The notes beneath the pieces were generated by a model. The model searched no databases, was not told the DNA's origin, and worked only from the letters and a program-made list of their open reading frames with translations. Below, piece after piece: positions 1 to 11,329 of a stretch of 64,000 nt of DNA. The first letter of the stretch is position 1. The number at the start of each line of letters is the position of its first letter. Source of the stretch: Chiloscyllium plagiosum (Eukaryota); contig NC_057719.1 in assembly GCF_004010195.1 (NCBI RefSeq), positions 93,761,076 to 93,825,075 of the forward strand, in the 5' to 3' direction. A program made the position numbers and the translations under genes.

Positions 1-188
1 TGACCTCTTTCCCCCTATCACATTTCCAACGCCCCTCCCCCAAGTCCCTCCTCCCTACCTTTTATCTTAGCCTGCTGGACAAACTTTCCCCATTCCTGAA
101 GAAGGGCTTATGCCCGAAACGTCGATTCTCCTGTTCCCTGGATGCTGCCTGACCTGCTGCCCTTTTCCAGCAACACATTTCCAGCTTT
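1..188 (+). mobile_element. Penelope-like element 3' terminus (pLTR) inserted in the end of ERV-A gag
   Basis: Same sequence (ttcctgaagaagggcttatgcccgaaacgtcgatt...cagcaacacattt) lies next to GIY-YIG coding DNA at 60126-60704 and recurs at 23091-23182. Confidence 0.75.
96..123 (+). ncRNA. Putative minimal hammerhead ribozyme core in a PLE terminus
   Basis: CTGAAGA-A-GGGC-TTAT-GCCC-GAAAC-GTC: CUGANGA and GAAA boxes, 4-bp stem II, palindromic ACGT in place of stem III, GUC cleavage triplet. Confidence 0.6.
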
Positions 189-200
189 GATGAAGAATAG

Positions 201-3200
201 GGGAGTCAGGGTTTCCTTCTCCCTGAGACCAACTGGGAACCCCTGATAAATCTAAAGGTGGGACCTGAAGGAGAGGAAACAGTGTTTTTAGTGGATACGG
301 GAGCAGCACGATCATCCCTAAGCTTTAGACGTAGCGGTGTTAAATTAATTAACAAAGGTCTCAAGATTTCTGGAGTAAAATGCAAAGAATTCTTAAATCG
401 GAACGCAGGACAATGGCTCAGACTTTAGGATCTTGAAATATGGGACAATCTTAATAGAAAAGGATGACCTTGTGTTAGTCACAGACAGTTGCTTGAATCC
501 AGCTGCATTTCTGTGGTGGAGAGAGGGGGGTGGCCCCTGGCAATTCAGAACATGACTGCCTTGATATTATTGAATATCCGACTAAAGTGCAAATGAATTT
601 AAGGGACGTACCATTGTATGCGAGAGCTCGATTGTTTATCGACGGGTGCTCCCGGATGATTGAGGGTAAAAGGCACAATGGATATGCTGTAGTAGATGGG
701 ATAGAGGGAAGCATTATCGAGGCTGAAAGACTGCCTAACGGCTGGTCAGCCCCAACTTGTGAACTCTCTGTCCTCGAAACAGCTCTCAGAATCTTAGAAA
801 ACAAATAGGAACAACATGCAGAGACTCCAAATATGTACTTGGAGTGCACATACCTTCAAAAAAAGGCAAGAAAGAGGACTGATGAATAGCAGAGGAAAAG
901 AACTAGCTCATGAGGAATTGATAAAACAAGTGCTGGAATCTTTGTTACTCCCAAGAGAAATAATAGTAGTTCATATAAATGGACATCAGGAGGTGAATGA
1001 CTGGAAGAAAGGGGGAATGGACTGATCGAAGAAGCGACCCTGAGTCCACAAGGAGCAGTGATATACTCCCTGATATCTACGGTTTCAGATTTTCGGGGTG
1101 CCGCGTTGTTTGCTGCGGGGGAGGAAAAGGGACTAAAGGATTTGAGAACTGCAAAGTCAGCAGATGGAGCAGTCTTATAGTAGTTAATACCCCCTATCAA
1201 GTCAGAACTATGTTAAACCAAAAGGCAGGGAGATGGTTGACGAGGCCACCTGATGGAAAAAGATGACCTGATGTTAGCAACAGTCACCTGTCTAAACCCA
1301 TCTACTTTCTTATGGAAGGGAGAACCTCTAGACAAACGAGAATCCAGAACATGACTGTTTAGATATCATAGAGTATCGAACCAAAATTAGAAAGGACCTG
1401 AGAGATCTACCTTTACATGACGGGGATAGATGTTTTTATAGATGGATCTCCCGGATGATTGAGGGTAAAAGGCACAATGGATATGCTGTAGTAGATGGGA
1501 TAGAGGGAAGCATTATCGAGGCTGAAAGACTGCCTAACGGCTGGTCAGCCCCAACTTGTGAACTCTCTGTCCTCGAAACAGCTCTCAGAATCTTAGAAAA
1601 CAAATAGGAACAACATGCAGAGACTCCAAATATGTACTTGGAGTGCACATACCTTCAAAAAAAGGCAAGAAAGAGGACTGATGAATAGCAGAGGAAAAGA
1701 ACTAGCTCATGAGGAATTGATAAAACAAGTGCTGGAATCTTTGTTACTCCCAAGAGAAATAATAGTAGTTCATATAAATGGACATCAGGAGGTGAATGAC
1801 TGGAAGAAAGGGGAAATGGACTGATCGAAGAGGTAGTTAAAGAAGCGACCCTGAGTCCACAAGGAGCAGTGATATACTCCCTGATATCTATTTTTTCAGA
1901 TTTTCGGGGTGCCGCGTTGTTTGCTGCGGTTAAGGAAAAGGGACTAAAGGATTTGAGAACTGCAATGTCAGCAGATGGAGCAGTCTTATAGTAGTTAATA
2001 CCCCCTATCAAGTCAGAACTATGTTAAACCAAAAGGCAGGGAGATGGTTGACGAGGCCACCCTGATGGAAAAAGATGACCTGATGTTAGCAACAGTCACC
2101 TGTCTAAACCCATCTACTTTATTATGGAAGGCAGAACCTCTAGACAAACGAGAATCCAGAACATGACTGTTTAGATATCATAGAGTATCGAACCAAAATT
2201 AGAAAGGACCTGAGAGATCTACCTTTACATGACGGGGATAGATGTTTTTATAGATGGATCATAGAGAGTAGTAGAAGGAAAAAGACACAATGGATGTGCA
2301 GTAGTGGACGGTAACAAAAACCAAACAGTGGAGGCAGACCGGCTCCCTCACACATAGTCAGCCCAGACCTGTGAATTGTACAAATTAAATCAAGCTTTAA
2401 ATCGCTTAGAGAATCGGAATGGGACAATTTAGATTGATTCTAAGTATGTATTAAATAATAAGGGAAGGGGTCAAAGGAGGAAGAAACCCAGGAGTGAGAC
2501 CCTTCAAAAGTATACAGGTGGATTACACCGAACTACCCCCAAAGGAAAACAGAAGTACCTTTTGACCCTAGTAGACCACTTAAACGGGTGGGTGGAAGCT
2601 TTCCAAATGTCATTAGCCACCTCAAAAGGACTGGTGAAAACCGTCCTTGAACATATCATCTCATGATATGGAATAGTGGAAAGTATAAATTCAGACCAAG
2701 GTAGCCATTTTACTTCCAAGATTTTACAAGGAGTAATGGCAGGATTAGAGATCTCATGGGAAGTCCACACCCCTTGGCACCCACCCTCCTCTGGGCGGGT
2801 GGAATGAATGAATCAAATCTTAAAGAATCAATTATCTAAGATAGTCCTAGAGACTCGATTACAATGGACAAATTTTTACCTGTCGCATTGCTACACTTTA
2901 GGACTGTTCCTTGACATGATATAGGCTTCTCTCCTTATAAGATGATGTTTAGATTGCCTTTCTTGCGTGGAAGAGGAGAGTTACCAACTGTAGAGTTCAA
3001 TGATAAGTTTTTAAAGAACTATATTGTGGCGTTCGGCTCTTCTTTGTCTGTCTTTAGGAAAAAGGGTCTGCTGACTCAGATACCTCCACTTGAGTTCGAC
3101 AACCGGGTGATTGGGTCCTGATCAAGACCTGGAAAGATACCAAAAACCATCCGAGCTGGGAGGGACCATTCCTAACCCTCCTGACTACTGAGACAGGTAT

Positions 3201-3330
3201 CCGAACTGCTGAGAAAGGATGGAGTCATCACACTCGCGTCTAAGTTCCTGTGAACACCCCGTTAGCGGAGTGGCGTGCTCATCCTACAGACAACCCTTTG
3301 AAAGTTAAGCTGAGAAAGAGAGAATAAACT
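201..3330 (+). pseudogene. pol: ERV-A pol remnant (protease, RT core deleted, repeated connection/RNase H, integrase)
   Basis: EPLINLKVGPEGEETVFLVDTGAARSSL; LFIDGCSRMIEGKRHNGYAVVDG; WSAPTCEL; IQVDYTEL; INSDQGSHF; HTPWHPPSSGRVE; WEGPFLTLLTTETGIRTAEKGWSHHTRV. Many stops and frameshifts. Confidence 0.9.
649..2260 (+). repeat. About 800-bp near-identical tandem duplication inside ERV-A pol (649-1447 and 1448-2260)
   Basis: Direct comparison shows a 12-bp indel (gaggtagttaaa) and scattered substitutions; the ORF track gives nearly the same 69-aa peptide at 816 and 1615. Confidence 0.95.
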
Positions 3331-3349
3331 AAGATAAAAGACTCTTTTA

Positions 3350-4544
3350 ATGTTTGATGATATATATTGTATTGATTGTAAGGGTTGCATGGACTCACCT
3401 CTCTCTGGCGCCTAAAAGATTAAGATAGGGTGATAAGCAGGGTTCAGAGATGGGTGGGTACTTGTATAGTATTATAACGTTAGTAGTACTAACTGTTTAA
3501 GGAAACTGGAAAAATCACTTTACTACACTATGCCAAAATTATGCCAAACAAGAGAGACTTGCCAACTGTTGGCGCTGTGCTGAAATTCCACACCATGGCG
3601 AATTTGGAATCCCCACCTCGGTAATACCGCTCACTAAAGAGGAAGAATACGATGTATAACAATTTGACTCAGGCTCAAATAATACAAAGTGGGAATATGA
3701 AAGGAGTACGTATAAGTTTGCGGGATGGTTCTCCAGACCAGCCCTGAAAACTCGAGGTGTTATCAATACCCTCAGAATTTCCCCACTAAAAGGAGCAGTG
3801 AATAAGCATTGCCTAAAAACAAGAAAGGCTGGGGCGGTTGCTGTTACCTTACGAATATAGTCCCTCACCTCCGAATAGAAAAGCATGAGCCCAATCAGAG
3901 GAGGGAGAGGGGAGTGATAAGATGAAAGACCCGAGAGGTTCCTGAAGGAGACCATCTGCTGTGGACACTACTCCCAATCTACGGCACTACAAGGGCAGGG
4001 GTGGAAATAGAGAAACTGGCTCCTGCCCTTGAAAATTTAATTAATTATACCACCGGCGCAATGGGAGAAACTCATCCCAGATATAGGCCGTAACCACCAT
4101 AATGATAGCAACAAGACGAACAACTTCACAGAGTCGAATGGCTTTAGACTATCTCTTGTTCGAACAAGGGGGAACCTGTGCTCTGATTTGTAAGGAATGC
4201 TGCACTTTCATCCCAGATACCACTTCCCTAGTGGAAGAAAAGGCAGAAATAGTAAAGAAAAATAAAGAATATAAAAGAAATTGAGATGAACTTTGAAAAT
4301 ATGAGAGATGGGAATGGGGTGATTGGGGACTGACCAGTTGGGAAAATGGTTAGCTAATTTAGGCATTTATGTATTACTGATAATAGTGGGTTTAATAATA
4401 GGATTTAACGTGTTAAAGTGGATAATGAGTAAGTTAATAATGTCCTTAGGAGGACAACAAATCGAAGATGGTCATGACAAAAGTAAGTGTACAAGAAAGC
4501 GTAATAGAAACGGCAAGATTGTGAACCTCTACACCTTAGGGTGA
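3350..4544 (+). pseudogene. env: ERV-A env remnant (gamma-type SU/TM)
   Basis: SU NHFTTLCQNYAKQERLANCWRCAEIP (CWxC at about 3567); TM immunosuppressive-domain-like SQSRMALDYLLFEQGGTCALICKECCTFIPD with CX6CC; membrane anchor LGIYVLLIIVGLIIGF. Interrupted and internally deleted. Confidence 0.88.
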
Positions 4545-4607
4545 AAAGAGGACAGAAAATAAAAATTTCAAAAACAACAAATGGTCAAAGAAAAGAAATA
4601 GGGGAGT

Positions 4608-5227
4608 TGTTAAAAATGGGGAAATTGTTGTTTTTGAACATATAGAAAAAGCATGCAGAAAAGGGGTCCAGCTGGAAAACTATTAACTCTGCAGGTACTT
4701 ATGGAAATATATCTTTACTTTTAGCGAAAATAATTATGGTTAATTAAATACTAGTCCTGGAGTATAATTAATATAAGCAAGTTAACTCTTTTAAAATTAA
4801 GTTTTCAGCAAAAGACTGAGATAACCAAAATACCTGAGCTGTACTAGAATGATACAAAATTGGTGAAGTGTACAGAGAATGGAATGTACCCAGTATTGAT
4901 ACAAATGTATCTTAATGAACTGTCGACAAAATAATTATGGTCATGTCAGCATTAACAGAAGGGAAAATTGCCAACACGGGGAAGGGGAAGTAACAAGGGT
5001 GGAGCGAAGATGGGCAGTTGTATAGCCTAGTAAGAGAGATTCGGTAATTAGGAGTCTGGAGAGGTGACCTCACTCAGCTCAAAGGTATAACTGTGTAGTA
5101 CTTTGAATTCTCTTCACTTCAATTGCTGTCTGCAATTAGGGTCCTTACTTGCAAGATCGTAGAATAAATTGTCTTGTTTCCAGTTTCGGTGGTCTCATAT
5201 AATTTTATTGAGTTTGTTTCTTAGACA
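4608..5227 (+). repeat. ERV-A 3' LTR
   Basis: Follows the purine tract aaagaaaagaaataggggag; begins TGTTAA, ends TTAGACA; AATAAA at 5163. Confidence 0.8.
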
Positions 5228-5749
5228 CTTGTACAATGTCACCATCCAACCTCCTACACTCCATCTGATACTAATTTCAAGAACTAGCACTTAAAGATAA
5301 GCACTGCAAATTTGAAACAATATTAAACATGACAGGTAAACAATACTCAGCCAAAACCTCATATGATGATTTTTTTTTCTCCATACAATACGAAGGCAGC
5401 ATGAAATACTTACTAGTGCCAGTAGGAAGTCAAGCACTTGGATTCCTTTGTCCCAAGGGGGCGATGATCTTGACAGTGAAAACGTATCTGTGGTCAGATC
5501 TATATAATACCACATAGTCAAAATTCTCCCTCCTGGCCTCCCTATGACCGTGTGTGGTTGTGTCTTCTTTATCTTGCACTCAATAGAGAGAACCCCTTTC
5601 CCCCATTCACACCTTAATTTAAACACATCTTACATCATCCACTCGTTCACCAGTGCTAAAAGCCCGTTTATATTTGCCACACCCTCTTTTTCCTGTCACC
5701 CATCTGCCACCTCTGACAAGGGATTAAAAATCCAATTTTCCAATCCTTT

Positions 5750-6030
5750 TCAGTTCTGAAGATGCGTTACACTGGGCTTGAAATGCTAATGCCGTTGCTC
5801 TGTCTCTGCAGATGCTGATAGACATGCTGAGTTTCTCCAGAAATGAATAGGCACAGAACAATTTTTTACTAAAGCAAATGACTGTAGATACCGGAAATAA
5901 ATCTATAAAAAAATGCTGGAGAAACTGGGAGCTTTGTAAAGTGTCAGTGGACCTGAAAATTTAACTCTGCATTCACTCCAGAATATACTGCAACATTTTC
6001 AGTAATTTCTTCAGCAATTTCTGTTTTTGG
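5750..6030. repeat. Old, degenerate PLE-terminus-like short repeats in both orientations
   Basis: cagatgctg...ctgagtttctccag motif, also seen at about 54910-54975 and 55530-55860 next to a PLE. Confidence 0.45.
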
Positions 6031-6519
6031 ACAATTTCCAAAGAAGGATGTCAAAGATGCTCAAGCATCCTGTCTAACATGGAGTGCCGTACACTGGGAA
6101 CTGAACAAAAATGCGTGGTGCACAAGTGTCTTGTCTCTGAAACAGCATAAGGCTAGCATCTTTGACACTACAGAGCTTTTAATCATGGTAAGAGAGAAAA
6201 ACAGAGAGAAACACATTCACTTCAAATACAGAAGTTGACATTGTGGAAAAGAAGCGATTTAGATTATTAACTTAAATGGATTGAGTAAAAGTAACAAATT
6301 GGAGGTGTGACACCAGGGAGATGCCCTCAGCAGAATGAGAATATGAAAGTGGAAGTGTTACCGCATCAGAAACCAGGTTAGGTCACTGAATACAGAGCTG
6401 ATGCCAAGGTCGGAATCACGTGCCCCTAAACCTGTTGATATCCCATTAAAGTTACCACACGCGACTTGTTGCATTCCAAATAGCAGAATTAACTTCTGAT
6501 GGAGAGGGGAAAATGATCC

Positions 6520-7090
6520 CAAGACTAACAGATCGGATCTAAACTCTGTTATTCTGCTCAATCCAAGCATAAATGTCCATGGACTATTAAACAATTTACT
6601 GGAGGAGAGGACTCCACAAATATCCTCATCCTAAATATCGGAACAACTCTGCACATCAGTGAAAAAAAGTCAAGGATGTGGTTTCTGCTCTATCCTCAGC
6701 CAGAAGTGTTGAGTGGATGATCCAACTCACACTCATCATGATGCCCACAGACTCACAGATACCAGTCTTCAACCAATTCGATTTTCCGTATGTGACATGA
6801 AGAAACAGCTGAACACAATAGATACGACAAAGGCAGTGGACCCTGACACCATTGCTGCAAAAGGACTGAACACTTGTGCTGCACAGCAAGCCGTGTCCCT
6901 GGGGAAGCTGTTTCATTCCAGCTCCAACTCTGACACCTCCCTGGCAATGTTGTAAATTACTCAGCTTTGTCCAGTCCCTGAAGAGGAGAAAAATTACAAA
7001 CTGACCCAATTACCACATCCTCCGTCCCATCACGACAGACAAATCGGTGGGATTTCTTTTTGACAGAGCTGTCAAGTAACACCGAAATAA
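6520..7090 (+). mobile_element. Non-LTR retrotransposon (CR1/L2 group, called LINE family 2 here), ORF2 fragment
   Basis: KKQLNTIDTTKAVDPDTIAAKGLNTCA...LGKLFHSS resembles the KAxGPDxI motif before RT; homologous to 46190-46570 on the minus strand. Confidence 0.8.
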
Positions 7091-7124
7091 TCAGGTCAGT
7101 GTGGTTTCCGATAGTTCCCCATGT

Positions 7125-7620
7125 GGAGATAGTGCTGTTGCGGAAATATCATTGGATTACTAATCCAGACCAGGATAATCTCTGGCAGCTCGTGGAAATT
7201 AAAAATAATTAATAAAATATCGAGACCTAAAATCTAGTGTATTTAATAGTGATCTCGTGCCCAATGTTGATTGTAAACATCGATGTCCTACACCAATATA
7301 CTTTCAGTAAGTGAACCTCCTGTGCTTTCCTGGTCTGGCCTCCAAGTGAATCTAGACGCACAGACATGGTTTCTGATTCGGCAAAGTCAGACATTCAATT
7401 GTATCAAACTGCTCTGAGGTCTTACAGGATAAAACCGGACAGAACACCTGACACCAGCCTTGTTATCAGAAAATGGATTGGGAAACATAGTCCTGTCGAC
7501 CCTGCAGAGACTTCTTTCCTAACATCTGAGACCATGTGACAACATTTACAGAGCATCCCCACAGACTGCACAGAAACATCGGGAAAGGAGCGGTCATTCA
7601 CTACATTGAGCTTTCCCCAT
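7125..7620 (+). mobile_element. 5' end of LINE family 2 (SINE-like head followed by endonuclease start)
   Basis: Collinear with the reverse complement of about 46990-47450 (gtcgaccctgcagagacttctttcctaacatctg vs gtcgaactgcaaagtcctccttactaacaatg). Confidence 0.55.
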
Positions 7621-7941
7621 GCTCGTTCATGTTCGAGCATTTCCTCAAAGCAGTTTCCCCCATGAAATGTTCATATCCCATAATATGTTTAAACATTGTG
7701 AAATATAAAACGAGAACTGATGTAGTGCTTTCGGCCCATCAAGTTTGCTCCTTTATTCAATATACATGAGGTTCTCTGATAACACTTGTTTATTAAATAC
7801 GATTTGACTGTTTTCTATAAAGTGAACTATCATCCCTGCTTCCAATCTGTCTCACACTGTCAGAGTTTGATATATTTCAATGAGATCTCCATTCGTTTTC
7901 ACAATCCCCATGTAATACAGGCCCAGTCACCCCAATACTCT

Positions 7942-8248
7942 GATTACAGTGTGGAAACAGGCCCTTCGGCCCAACAAGTCCATACCGACCCACTGAAGCG
8001 CAACCCACCCATATCTCTACCCCTACATTTACCCCTTACCTAACACTATGGGCAGTTTAGTATGGCCAATTCACCTGACCTGCACATCTTTGGACTGTGG
8101 GAGGAAACCGGAGCACCCAGAGGAAATCCACGCAGACACAGGAAGAACGTGCAAACTCCACACAGTCAGTCGCCTGAGACGGGAATTGAACCCGGGTCTT
8201 TTGCGCTGTGAGGCAGCAGTGCTAACCACTGGGCCACCGTGCCGCGCA
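7942..8248 (-). mobile_element. tRNA-derived V-SINE (HE1-like), full length
   Basis: Reverse complement has box A and box B (ggcccagtggttagc; ggttcaattcc), the central V-type domain and the gggccgaagggcctgtttcc tail; near-identical to 35091-35390. Confidence 0.9.
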
Positions 8249-8249
8249 C

Positions 8250-11200
8250 AACAGGCCCGTCATCCCAGAGATCAGTTTGGTCATCCTCCATTGCTCTCCC
8301 TCAATGTCAGGTTTGTCCTTTACTCGGCAAGGAGACCAAAACTGCACACAATATTGCACAATGTTCGAGATGGGGTCCCGCTAAGGCCCCCATACCTGCA
8401 GTAAATGACCCTTATGTCTGTTTTCAAATCCCTCTGAAATGAAGGTGAATACACCATTTATCGGCCTACCTGCTTTCTGCTCCTGCAATGTTACTTTCTG
8501 TGACATATGTACAGGGAGATCCAGATTATTTTCAATGTTACAGGTCCCCACTTGCTGGATCGACATACACTGGTCAGTGTGCCAATGCCATTCCCAGTAT
8601 TGACTTCTGGCTTCAGAACTCACTGCCCTACATGGACCCGGAGGGGTAACAGAAATAAACCAAAAATGCAGCTTAAGTTCATTTAGAGAGCAACAATTTT
8701 CAACCACTCCCTTTTCAAATGATTGGCTGCCATTCTATTGTTCCCATCAAAGTGCACAGTATCTCATCTCTCCCATTGCTCTCCACCTACTACGTACATT
8801 CCCAGTCTCTCCACTTGTCTCAATTACCTTGCTGCCTTTTTTGCGTCATCCTCATCCACTCACAAGCTGACATTTTTTAATTCTGTCAGCAGACTTGGGA
8901 AGAATGCTTTTGAACCCCTCAACCAAAGATATGATATATATTGGGAATAGCGGAATGCCAAATCTTGATCCTTGTTATATCCTCTCAGCCTTCCAATAAA
9001 AAAATAGTTTTAATCTTACTCACTGTTTCTTGCCAGCTCTCCCATTCTAAAACCATGCCTAACCAAAGTTCCGCATAGCTCTTATAATCTATGCTTCGAT
9101 GTATAAAGGCTGTGTTTACCCTCCCCTATGCTTTCCCAAATTGTGCAATAACCTATCCAGTCACATTCGGGAATGTGTGGAGAAGTACCCTTTGAGCTTC
9201 CTAGTGTGCTGTCATTCATTGAGTCCTCCCCTGTCTGTTTCCTTCTTGCAAAGTTCATCACCTCATATTTATCAGGGTTACATTCCATCTGCCATTTATC
9301 CACCCATCTGACCATTTCGTCTGTATCTTCATGAAACACCTCACTGCCAAGAACCTGGCAAATCTTTGTATTAAACACAAACTTACTTATGATACCTGCC
9401 ACACCTCGTCCATATTCACAGCTGCATCATTTATGATAAGGTTTAAAATCATAAAACATCAGCTTGTAATTATATAGGTTTATTCAGAGGCACGAGCTTT
9501 CGAAACGCTGCTTCTTCATCCAGGTGGTTGCGCGCTTTGATAAAGCGTTTCGAAAGCTATGCCGCCGAATAAACCTTTTGGACTATAACCTGGTGTTATG
9601 CAATGTTTAACTTTGTCCACCCCAATGTAACGCTAACACCTCTGAATCAAAAATAATAAGAGACACAGCACTGATTCCTGTGGTACACCATTGGACACTA
9701 AACTCCAATCACACAAACACTACCACCCTCTGTGTCCTACCACTAATGTTGATTTTGATGCAACTTGGCAAGTCACTAATGAGTCCTACCTGTTGCCTGG
9801 TTATTCTGTTCCGCTGGTGACACTTGTAGAATATCTGGAGATTCTCCGTAATCTTACCTGCCAGTATGTTTCCATGCCACTGTGTTAATTAATCCCCTCC
9901 GAGTGATGAATTTCCTCCTTATTGTAGTCTTAACTGGCCTGTCCCAGATCCTGCCTTGAATGTGGAATAGACAGCGAGGGAAGCGTTCTGTTAATTTCTA
10001 ACTTGTCAGATGTTTTGTGAATCTTCTAAATTTCACTGTGACCCACCTCCCATTTTTGAATCTCTCGAGAACACAGGCCGAGTTTCATCATCAGGCAATC
10101 TCACCATCTGAGGGATTAATCTGGATAATGTCCATTGCACTTCCTCTGTGGTCAGTATATTCTTTCTGAGATTCGATCACCAAAACTATACACAATACTC
10201 CAGCTACAGTCCCACCAACACGCTGTGAAACTGCTTCAACATGTCTTTACATCAATGTTCTGATTCTCTTAAATGAAGGCAAACCAAACTTTAACTTTCC
10301 ACTTACATATATTCCTCCAAATACCCTCCACATTTACGAACTCACTGAGTTCTTATAGAAATCCTCTCGAAAATCCATATATACGATTTCTACTGGTTCC
10401 CCATTAACTATGACATAAGAAACAACTGAAAACAATTCCTAAGTTTATCAAGTATGATTTATCTATCAGAAATGCATGCTGATTGTCTCCATTGTTGCTG
10501 TTAATTTTTAAATATCAAAAATGTCATCCTGTGTAATAGATTCTAACAGTTTCCCTAAAAATGTCAAGTTAATTGGTCTGCAGTTCTCCACACTATGCTT
10601 TTTTTTCCCCTTTGTAGCTGTTTGGATCCCTTCTATTCATCGATCGTTTATCCACAATAGTTTCCGGTGTCTGCAGAATGTACCGGAAAATAAAACAAAG
10701 TCATCGACAGTGCAATCAATACTGCTATTGGTGATTCATTTCTGACATTTTGATAGGAAGTACATCTGTTTCGTCAGACTCAGAAATGCTCAATCCAGCT
10801 ACATGTTCAAGTACTAACTTGTTACTGATATGAATTGAATTTATGTCTTTAGCTGCAGAAGTCTGATATGATCACATGGTATTACTGAGTGATTTTCTGG
10901 ATCTTCCTCCATGAAGACAGATGCAAAGTAACTGGTTATTTTCCTGGCCATTTCCCTGTTCTCCACAATGACCTCTCCTCTGCCGATTACAAATTTCCAC
11001 ATTTGACCTTTTTTTTATTTTTTTTCCTTTGAAATATAAATCGTAGATTTATGCAGTCTTTGTGTTCCTGTTTGTTAGCATGCACGTTCGCTTTTTGATT
11101 TCCTTATCAGCTTCATTGCCTTCCTTTACTGGATCGTTAATTTCTGAGAATTCTCAGGTTTCCACAATATCTGGAATTCTTCTGAAATCACTTCCTATGA

Positions 11201-11320
11201 TTAATACATTTTCTAATTTGTTATGTTAACCATCATTGAGTCACTTTCTCACTTTTTGGTGTTTGTACGTGAAGTAAATATTTTTCAGACTTTGCAGTAT
11301 TTTTAAAACCTCCTAGTCCT
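8250..11320 (-). mobile_element. Several old CR1 LINE fragments
   Basis: Degenerate RT C-terminal peptides, e.g. WVDKWQMECNPDKYEVMNFARRK. Confidence 0.7.
9475..9650. mobile_element. Inverted pair of termini from a second PLE-type family
   Basis: ggtttattcagaggcacgagctttcgaaacgct and agcgtttcgaaagctatgccgccgaataaacc are near reverse complements; degenerate CTG(G)ATGA...GAAAGCT core. Confidence 0.6.
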
Positions 11321-11329
11321 GACCACATA

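Larger units (their letters stand above)
189..5227 (+). mobile_element. ERV-A: degraded class I (gamma-like) endogenous retrovirus, 3' portion (gag end, pro/pol, env, 3' LTR)
   Basis: Ordered motifs: gag stop TAG, protease VFLVDTGAARSSL, RNase H LFIDG, integrase, env CWxC and CX6CC, polypurine tract and TG...CA LTR. Confidence 0.92.

Noticed and set aside
5414..5487. Minus-strand exon-like segment reading IRFHCQDHRPLGTKESKCLTSYWH (Sushi-like) before GTAAGT
   Set aside because: Weak acceptor, motif spacing is off, and no partner exons were found.
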